Assembly: GCA_951406725.2 (NCBI GenBank)
Contig: OX597839.1
Location: 20,460,001 to 20,524,000, forward strand
Direction: 5' to 3'
Source: Octopus vulgaris
Lineage: Eukaryota
Length of the DNA: 64,000 nucleotides
Shown here piece by piece: positions 55,051 to 64,000 of the stretch. The translations under genes were made by a program, and so were the position numbers. The notes beneath the pieces are model-generated. The model was not told the DNA's origin and did not search any database. It saw only the letters and a program-made list of their open reading frames with translations. Every line of letters starts with the position of its first letter. Position 1 is the first letter of the stretch.

Positions 55051-55252
55051 CATATATATATATAGTGTGAGAGAGAGGGAGCGAGATGGTGGGAGAAGGA
55101 AAAACTTACAAAGGACAATTTACATGTTTTCTGTTATTCTCTTTTGTCGTCCTCCAACTGACAATTACTGTGACCACTGTGAACGTGAGGGACTTCATGT
55201 AACCAGCAGTGCGGCACTGATATCCCAGCCCGAACGCACACACACACACAAA

Positions 55253-55297
<45 letters not shown>

Positions 55298-55403
55298 TCA
55301 CTCTGACATACACACACTCTTGTGATATAGATTTCCCCATTAACACAACAGATATCTTTGTGTAGAGAAAGGCTAAACATAACAGTAACATGCAGATAAT
55401 CCC

Positions 55404-55453
<50 letters not shown>

Positions 55454-55654
55454 GTGCGAAATCGTAATGATTTTTGTTCGATCAGTGAGGAGGGACGAGC
55501 GTGTCCATGTAAATTGCATGTTTAGGATGTGTTCCTTCGTCGTCTTTCTGTAAATCACCAAACCGTTTGTAATATATTTCTACACAACAGAGAAAAAAGA
55601 TATACATACATACACACATTACACACACACACATTTATGTGTGTGTGTGTATAC

Positions 55655-55685
<31 letters not shown>

Positions 55686-55691
55686 TATATA

Positions 55692-56057
55692 TACTTTTTT
55701 ACTCTTTTACTTGTTTCAGTCATTTGAATGTGGCCATGCTGGAGCACCGCCTTTAGTCGAGCAAATCGACCCCAGGACTTATTCTTTGTAAGGCTAGTCC
55801 TTATTCTATCGGTCTCTTTGCTGAACCGCTAAGTTACGGGGATGTAAACACACCAGCATCGGTTGTCAAGTGATATATATACTCTTTTACTCTTTTACTT
55901 GTTTCAGTCATTTGACTGCGGCCATGCTGGAGCACCGCCTTTAGTCGAGCAAATCGGCCCCAGGACTTATCCTTTGTAAGCCTAGTCCTTATTCAATCGG
56001 TCTCTTTGCTGAACCGCTAAGTTACGGGGACGTAAACACACCAGCATCGGTTGTCAA
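55692..56057 (-). mobile_element. Tandem duplication of the SINE-A 3' half
   Basis: Two copies, both ending ATCGGTTGTCAA(G/A)TGATATATAT. Confidence 0.88.
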
Positions 56058-56104
56058 ATGATATATATGTATATATCTTTGTTATATATGTTTGTGAGTA
56101 TGTG

Positions 56105-56179
<75 letters not shown>

Positions 56180-56732
56180 GAGAATCTGGAGAGTGAAAGT
56201 AAATAGTTATTCAGTATTTTCTAGAGAAAATCTTTACAATGTGTTTGTATGTGTGTATGGTGCGTAATATTAATTGTTGAATAATTAGGGAACAGCAATG
56301 AAGGAATCAGCTCCATTAGCTTACAGTTGTTTTAGTATAAGAAACAGTGCCCTCTGTGTGATTGTGCACCGTCTCAAAGCTTCCTCGGAGCAATTAAAAT
56401 GGAATATGTATAGATTTCTGAAAGTGTTGGCGTGGTTGTGTGGAAAGATGCTTGGTTCCCGACTTCATGCTTCTGGGTGCAGTCCCCGAACACACCCACA
56501 CACGAGCGAAACGTTCCTGGCTTTAAGGGTGTCGCTAAAGGCCTGGTTGGGAACCCAAAATTCCGAATTCTTTTACAGAGCTTAGAAAAACTGAAGGACC
56601 TCTGCAATTAGTGTGTGAGTCTGGGATGGGAATATGTTGAATAAAATCATAATTAACTGATCCTCCTGTATTTTCTTTTACCCAAGCCTGGAACTTTTTC
56701 AGCATTCCCTCCTACACCTATGCATATGTGTA

Positions 56733-56884
56733 GGACGGGCTTCTTTCAGTTTCCGTCTACCAAATCCACTCACAAGGCTTTGATGTATCCAGAGATATTT
56801 GCCCAAGGTGACATGCAGTGAGGCTGAACCCGGAACCATGTGGTTGGTAAGCAAGTTACTTACTACACAGTAACTCTTGCACCT
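56733..56884 (-). mobile_element. SINE-A 5' half
   Basis: GACGGGCTTCTTTCAGTTTCC...CTTACTACACAG. Confidence 0.8.
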
Positions 56885-56899
56885 ATATATATATATATG

Positions 56900-56936
<37 letters not shown>

Positions 56937-56984
56937 TCAATATGTGACCGCGTCTTCCCTTCCTTTGATCTTTCATTTTCCTAT

Positions 56985-57019
56985 GTTTCTGACGAAGAGC
57001 TCCGCTTGAAACGTTAAAT
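56985..57019 (+). ncRNA. Minimal hammerhead motif in a Penelope-like module (56960-57117)
   Basis: GTTT-CTGACGA-A-GAGC(TCC)GCTT-GAAA-CG-TT-AAAT; module ends in (TA)n. Confidence 0.6.
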
Positions 57020-57114
57020 TCTCCCTCTTTTTTTCCTTTCCTGAGCGTCCAATAACACTATACTTGTTCCACACGTCCTCGCGTTGTTTTCTCCTTGTGT
57101 TTTCATGTTTGGAT

Positions 57115-57157
<43 letters not shown>

Positions 57158-57329
57158 TAGGAAGAAATGGAGCTGAACGAAGACTTAACAAAATTCCTTT
57201 TTATTATTTTCTACATACGTTTCAAAGGCTGCAAAGTCCCTAATTCGGATTGAATAAGGAGTCCATTTTGCAGCCTTCTATCGGTTTTCATTTGAATAAT
57301 CCGTAATAAGATAATTCATTTATCTACTT

Positions 57330-57376
<47 letters not shown>

Positions 57377-57463
57377 GTATATATACACATACATACACAC
57401 ACACACACATACATATATATAACTTTTCATTTAATTTTTCCAAAATTTGTTTTCCATACTTAC

Positions 57464-57497
57464 AGTTGAAAAAGTCTCAATGACTGAAACCGGTACT
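57464..57497 (+). ncRNA. Minimal hammerhead motif, U3-A8 variant
   Basis: AG-TTGAAAA-AGTC(TCAAT)GACT-GAAA-CCGG-TA-CT; palindromic ACCGGT stem III; stem I only 2 bp. Confidence 0.5.
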
Positions 57498-57568
57498 AAA
57501 ATGTTTTTATTATAAAATCATTTTATCATTTTCTACCTCGACTTGTTTTCCTTTACATACATACATAC

Positions 57569-57629
<61 letters not shown>

Positions 57630-57793
57630 GAGACCTGAATGACATACATGTATACAAACATGCAGGCAGACTGACAGACGAACAGCCAAATTATAAGTGC
57701 TTGTTTGTGTGTGTGTTTGTTAATGTTAGTATGTGTATGTGCTTGATAACGTGTGTATGACTGCGTGTTTGTGGATGGATCAGTGAAGAAGAA

Positions 57794-57825
<32 letters not shown>

Positions 57826-57878
57826 GTGTGTGCGTATGATGGAGGGGTGGAGGGAGTGACGACTGCTTGAGATCTCAC

Positions 57879-57947
57879 CTTAAGAATTTCAGAAGGAAGA
57901 AGCAAGCACCGAAGCAGTTGATGCTTGCCAGAAAAGATGGTGATGTG
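57879..57947 (-). other. Candidate internal exon (69 nt, frame-preserving)
   Basis: Acceptor TTTCTCCTCCAG| and donor AAG|GTGAGA; two frames open (HITIFSGKHQLLRCLLLPSEILK or STSPSFLASINCFGACFFLLKFL). Confidence 0.38.
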
Positions 57948-58365
57948 CTGGAGGAGAAATTTGATGGTGGGGGTTGGGGAGGAGGGGAGGGGGAAAGGGT
58001 GGTTGAGGAGATTTTTCTGAGAGGAACCAGTGTTTGTGTGTGTAAGTGTATGTGTGTGTGTGTGTGTATTTGGATTTGTTTTGTAAATGTGAATGCATTT
58101 GTATGTATGACTAGAATTATATTTATGTACAAGCCTCTCTCTGTGTGTGTGTGTGTGTATTGATGGATTGATGGATGGATGTTTGTCTAAACTTGAGTTT
58201 GTGTGTATATATATTGTGCATGTGTGTGTGTGTATGTGCGTGTGTGTGTAATACGAGTTTCTGTGAGAGGCGTATGTGTATGTATGTATGTATACATATA
58301 TGTGTGTGTGTATGCATATATATATATTTGTGTGTGTGTGTGTATGTATATATATATATGTGTGC

Positions 58366-58417
<52 letters not shown>

Positions 58418-58485
58418 ATGTATATATATATGGGCGTGTATGTATATATATGTGTGTGTATGTATATATATTTATGTATGTGTGT

Positions 58486-58516
<31 letters not shown>

Positions 58517-58548
58517 TATATATATATGTGTGTGTGTGTATATATGTT

Positions 58549-58579
<31 letters not shown>

Positions 58580-59822
58580 GTATACAAATTTCTATGAGAG
58601 TTGTGTGTGTATACGAGTTTCTGTGAGAGAGAAGGTGTATGTGTGTGTGAATTTATGTTTGTGTGTATGTATATATATATATGTATGTGCGCCTCTGTAT
58701 GTGTGTGTTTAATTGTGTTTCTGTATGTTTATATACTCCTGTGTATTTGTTAATGTGTTATACGCTGTATATTCGAATACTTCTGCGTATATGTAGTTCT
58801 ATCTGTATATAAATAAGAATTTAGGCTTGTATGTATACGCGTATGTTTAAGTGTGTGTACGTGTGTGTGTGTGCGTACGCATGTGTTTATTTCTGTGTAT
58901 GGGTTCCTCTACATAAAATAAAACTAATGTATGTGTATATGCCTGTATGTGTATACGCAAGTTTGAATTCGGGAATATGTATGTGTATGCGTTGGTATGT
59001 GTGTGTTCATATGTGTATGAGTGGAAGTGAATGTGTTTTCTCTTAGTGCCTATGTGTCTGTGTATGTGCGTGCTTTTATTTGGGAATGTATATGCATATG
59101 TAAAGTGGGGGTGGGGGTATGAAAGTATGTGCTGGTGTAATAACGGTGCATGTTATCAATGCGTGCGAGACTGTACGTGTGTTTCTATACGCTTGTGTGT
59201 GTGGGAGAGTGTGTTTCGAGGGAGAAGATAAGTCAGGGTTCTTGAAGGAGTAAATAGGCAGTGACGATGGTGGTGGTGGTACATACGTATGTATGTGGTG
59301 GGTGAAGGAGAACGGCGGCGGAGTGCATAGGGGGGTGCAACGAAGTGAAGTATATATCAAAGAATGGCTAGGGCGCGGCGGGTGGGAGAATAGTTGATCT
59401 GTGTGTGTGTGTATGGATGAGGGCAGGGTGGGAATTGTGGCGGCGGTTGGTGGTGAGGAAGGCAGCCGAAGTGGGGGTAAATTTTCGTAGAATTCTCTCC
59501 GAAGAGTGTTAAGTTGTCTATCAGATGGCAGAAGGAGGAATCTGGAGTGGAACAGGGTGAATGGGGAGTAGAAGGGAAATGGCGGGAGGGTGTGTGAAAG
59601 AAAAAGAATTTAATAGTGGGGAGTAGGAGGAGGAGAGCGAAAGAAAGTGAAGGTGACTACGTGGAGTGAGACCGTGAGAGAGATGGAAAGACAGAGAAAG
59701 AGAGGGGTATAGGGCGGGAGAAAAAGAGGAGGAGGTGATAGTGAGAGTGAAGAATGTGTGGGAAAAAGTGAGATAGAAAGAGAAAGAGAGAGAGAGAGAG
59801 AAGGTAAAGAAAGAAGTAAAAT

Positions 59823-60020
59823 AGGCGCAGGGGTGCCTGGGTGGTAAGAAGCTTGCTTCCCAACCACATGGTTCTGGGTTCAGTCCCACTGCGTGGTATT
59901 TTGGACAAGTCTCTTTTACTGTAGTCTTGGGCTAACCGAAGCCTTGTGAGTGGATTTGGTAGACGGAAACAGAAAGAAGCCCATCGTGTGTGTGTATGCT
60001 CGTGTGTGTGTAAGTATGTA

Positions 60021-60055
<35 letters not shown>

Positions 60056-60273
60056 ATAGATATATATGTATATATATGTATCTGTGTTTGTCCCCCGCCA
60101 TCGTTTGACAACCGATGTTGGTATGTTTCCGTATCCGTAACCTAGCGGTTCGGCATAAGAGACCGATAGAATAAGTACTAGGCTTCATGGGATCGATCGA
60201 TTTGTTCGACTAAAAGGCGATGCTCCAGCATGGCCGCAGTCAAATTGACTGAAAGAAGTAAAAGAATAAAAGA
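59823..60273 (+). mobile_element. SINE-A full length
   Basis: Complete copy. Confidence 0.9.
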
Positions 60274-60631
60274 ATGGTGGAGGTGAAAGAGAGGGTGTGA
60301 CAAAAGAGAAAGAAAGGGAAATGTGAGAGAGAAAGAGTTAGATAATGAGAGAGAGAGAGAGGAGAGGTTGTGAGGAAAAGGTAGAGAAAGTTTGTAGTGA
60401 ATGAGAGGAAGAGAGAAGGAACGTAAAGAGAGAGAGATAGAAATATGTTAAAGAGTAAGGGGAAGAGGTGGTATAGTAAAGGGTTAGAGAGAGTGAGTGA
60501 GAGCGTGGGAGCGCTAAGTAAACAGAGAGAAGGGTAGACGGAGAGAGAGAGAGAGAGAGAGAAATGTCTATCTTTGAGGGATCTGATATGAAGGAGCTTT
60601 TATGATGTTTAAAGCGGTGTTAATATATGCT

Positions 60632-60665
<34 letters not shown>

Positions 60666-61187
60666 AAGTGTGTGTGTGTGTGTGAGAGAGAGAGAGCATG
60701 TTTATGTGTTTGTGTTGTGTGTTTATCTGTAGTTGTGTGTCTGTGTCTCTTTATATATACTTGTTTGTCTATGTATGTATGTATATATGTATGTATATCT
60801 CTATCTCTCACTCACTCTCTCTCTCTCTAAATATATATATGTATGTATGTAATGTACGCGCACGCACACACACACACACACATATATATATATAGAGAGA
60901 TTTATATGAATATATATATATACACACACGCTTAAATATAAATATATATACATATATACACACATATATAATATATATATGCACATATATATGAATATAT
61001 ATATATTCACATATATATGAATATATTTATATACACACACACACATATATATACACATATATATGAATATATATATATATATTCACATATATATGAATAT
61101 ATATATATACTAATTATATATATATATACACATATATATGAATATATATATATACTAATTATATATATATATATATACACATATATA

Positions 61188-61238
<51 letters not shown>

Positions 61239-61607
61239 GTATTATGTACACACACACCGACACATAAATAAATATATATATATATATATAACGAGTGCGT
61301 TTAAGTATTTATGAAGGTAGTTGAGCGTTGGAATGGAAATGGAAGTTTGGGCTGAGAAAGTAAACCGTATCACAGAATCGGTCATGATGATGATGATGGT
61401 GGTTGTGGTAGTGGTGGTTGAGGTGAGAGGTGGGGGTGTCTAATAGAAAAGATTCCAGCCTTCTTGAAAAGTGGTAAAACGTCTGTATATTTGGATGAGG
61501 GATGGCAAGAATGAAGAATTTTCGGAGTAGATTGTACGATAGATAGGACAGTATATAAGCTCGTGTTAGGTATATTATATATTATACACAGTACATTACA
61601 TATTAGT

Positions 61608-61880
61608 GGAGGCGCAATGGCCCAGTGGTTAGGGGGCGGACTCGCTGTCGTAGGATCGCGGTTTCTATTCCCAGACCGGGCGTTGTGAGTGTTTATTGAG
61701 CGAAAACACCTAAAGCTCCCGTAATTTAGTGGTTAGGCAAAAGAGATCCATAGAGTAAGAACCAATTTTTTTTTTTAAATAAGCTCTGAGATCAGTACAT
61801 TCGACTAAAACTTGTTCAAAGCGATTCCTCCAGCATGGCCACAGTCAAATGGCCGAAACAGGTAGAAGAATAAAAGAATA
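61608..61880 (+). mobile_element. SINE-C head joined to an old SINE-A-type tail
   Basis: C head up to CACCTAAAGCTCC, then CCGTAATTTAGTGGTTAGGCAAAAGAG...CCAGCATGGCCACAGTC. Confidence 0.7.
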
Positions 61881-61984
61881 TATTATATATTATTATATAG
61901 TTCATATATTTATATATCAAGGGGCGAGCTTTTATTAGCCACAAAAATTAGCAAAAGGGTCAGGAACAACACAAGACAATATTC

Positions 61985-62345
61985 TCTTTTACTCTTTTAC
62001 TCTTTTACTTGTTTCAGTCATTTGACTGCGGCCATGCTGGAGCACCGCCTTTAGTCGAGCAAATCGACCCCGGGACTTACTCTTTTGGTAAGCCCAGTAC
62101 TTATTCTATCGGTCTCTTTTTGCCGAACCGCTAAGTGACGGGGACGTAAACACACCAGCATCGGTTGTCAAGCAATGCTAGGGGGACAAACACAGACACA
62201 CAAACACATACACGCATATATATATATATACATATACGACAGGCTTCTTTCAGTTTCCGTCTACCAAATCCACTCACAAGGCATTGGTCGGCCCGGGGCA
62301 ATAGCAGAAGACACTTGCCCAAGATGCCACGCAGTGGAACTGAAT
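61985..62345 (-). mobile_element. SINE-A, head truncated
   Basis: Young copy on minus. Confidence 0.9.
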
Positions 62346-62380
62346 CCGTGTAAGATTACGTAAAACAAGAGTAAGCACAC

Positions 62381-62601
62381 AAAAATCACAGTCACTCTGG
62401 CCGCTAAAGCCAGTGCTTTCCCCGACTCAAAAGGGGTACATACCCAAATGGTAGTTGTCGGAAGCTGATGAAAACCACGGTCACTCTGACCGCTATAGCC
62501 AGTGCTTTCCCCGACTCCAAAGGGATACATACCCGAAGGGTAGTTGTCGGAAGCTCACAAAAACCACGGTCACTCTGGCTGCTAAAAACAGTGCTTCCCC
62601 C
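62381..62601. repeat. 89-bp tandem repeat, about 2.5 copies
   Basis: GTCACTCTG at 62391, 62480 and 62569. Confidence 0.9.
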
Positions 62602-62652
62602 ATTCGAAAATTAAAATTTAAAAAAAAAGTTTTATACATATATACATACATA

Positions 62653-62864
62653 CGAGGGGGTACTTAAAAGTTCCTAATTTTGGGCAAAAAAAAATACACT
62701 AGGGTCAGTTAATTATGATTTTATTAAACACATTCCCCTCTCAGATTCACACACTTTTGCTGTGGTCCTTCAGTTTTTCTAAGCCCTTAAAAAAAACTCA
62801 GCAGGAATGGCCTTTCGCGATGCCTGTGAATTCAGAAATTTTTCAGCACGTCCCCCCTCCCGTG
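62653..62864. mobile_element. Degenerate mariner-type MITE
   Basis: TA|CGAGGGGGTACTTAAAAGTTCCT with imperfect complement AGAAATTTTTCAGCACGTCCCCCCTCCCGTG|TA. Confidence 0.5.
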
Positions 62865-63179
62865 TATGTGTGTGTGTGCGTGCGTATGACATGTAGGTAA
62901 AGTTGTTAGTAAGTAAGTAACTTAATACTCAGTAGAGGTTTCAATCTGTGCTAGGAATTACGAAGGGTTTTTAGTAAATATTTTCAAGGCGGTGCCCCAG
63001 CATGACCGCAGTCTAATGATTGAAACAAGTAAAAGAATAAAAGAATGTCATCTAGCTTCACTGCTGTGCACCCCTGCGTGGTTGATTTACAGCAGGGGCA
63101 TCCTGCAGTATCCCGACTTTTCTGCCTTTTCTGGGTATCGTGTCATGGTGACATCATTGCGCTGTTTGCCGGGTGGCCT

Positions 63180-63550
63180 GACTTAGCACATTTTCTTCGG
63201 TATCACCATTGGCAGTACTGCACTTAAAAATTCTGCTTAGAAACGGTACAAGATAGAAGACTAGCTTGAAGCAAGTTCAGCCCCAGCTCACCGCTGTCAT
63301 CGAGCGAAAGTGTGCTGCGCTGCTTCAACGTAAACATCGCCCCACAGAGGCAAACGTGCAAGCATTAAGAACGGCAAGATGCACAGCACCCCGCCTTCCA
63401 ATCTACTACACACTGCGCAAATGAGTATTGGCTACGGCTTTGCAAAAGTATGCGATCATCATTTGACACAGGTTACGTCCATAGAATGTACAAACTAATA
63501 AAGAAAGCCATCATCGACCCAACCATGCGTAAGATAGCACCACTGTCCCA
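63180..63550 (+). pseudogene. Degraded RTE-clade LINE ORF (endonuclease-RT linker)
   Basis: With frameshifts: ED*LEASSA / LTAVIERKCAALLQRKHRPTEANVQALRTAR / HCANEYWLRLCKSMRSSFDTGYVHRMYKLIKKAIIDPTMRKIAPL. This matches the RTE pattern DWFEA..PVIE.KR.AL...QALR.AR..CANEYW..LC..DTGN.RGMY..IKKA...APL as I recall it. Confidence 0.75.
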
Positions 63551-64000
63551 ATAAATTTATGAAGAGAAAATGTTATTTTATTGGGGTTGTGGCTTGTACC
63601 ATTGGTTATTAGTTCTAGGAGAAAGATATTCTGACATAAACTTGTAGTCAAAAAGGTACCAATCATATCCATGGCGTGTACAAAATGATAGGGCAAGCCA
63701 TCATTGACCCGACCAAGCATAGGGTAGTACCGCTGTCCCAATAAATTTATGAAGAGAAAGTGTCATTTTATTGAGGTTGTGGCTTGTACCATTGGTTATT
63801 AGTTCTAGGAGAAAGATATTCTGACAAAACTTGTAGTCAAAATGATACCAATCATATCCATGGCGTGTACAAAATGATAGGGCAAGCCATCATTGACCCG
63901 ACCAAGCATAGGGTAGTACCGCTGTCCCAATAAATTTATGAAGAGAAAGTGTCATTTTATTGAGGTTGTGGCTTGTACCATTGGTTATTAGTTCTAGGAG
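63478..64000. repeat. 189/190-bp tandem satellite, continuing past the window end
   Basis: GGCTTGTACCATTGG at 63591, 63781 and 63970. Confidence 0.95.

Noticed and set aside
59524-59560. Plus-strand start exon MAEGGIWSGT
   Set aside because: Weak splice signals in purine-rich low-complexity sequence; no supporting exons.

Overview
AT-rich, repeat-saturated animal genomic DNA with no intact protein-coding gene. The repeat families and microsatellite load look like a coleoid cephalopod (octopus), which is an inference. Most long ORFs in the track are microsatellite artefacts. Contents: very long (TA)n, (CA)n, (GA)n, (TATC)n, (AAT)n and (GGT/GTT)n tracts; at least three abundant tRNA-derived SINE families (called A, B, C here) plus older ones; 3' remnants of two CR1-group LINEs; an RTE remnant giving rise to a 189/190-bp satellite; a deleted mariner; a complete non-autonomous Helitron; and a TIR element carrying telomere-like repeats. 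Most notable: (1) short Penelope-like modules in (TA)n tracts carrying minimal hammerhead-ribozyme motifs, two with compensatory changes at the core 3-8 pair and several with fold-back ends; (2) a 5S rRNA copy fused to a SINE, inserted as one TSD-flanked unit; (3) head-to-tail SINE-B multimers that repeatedly join at the same site; (4) a nested inverted duplication. Two weak minus-strand exon candidates suggest the window may be intronic. All alignments and coordinates were made by eye and may be off by a few bases.
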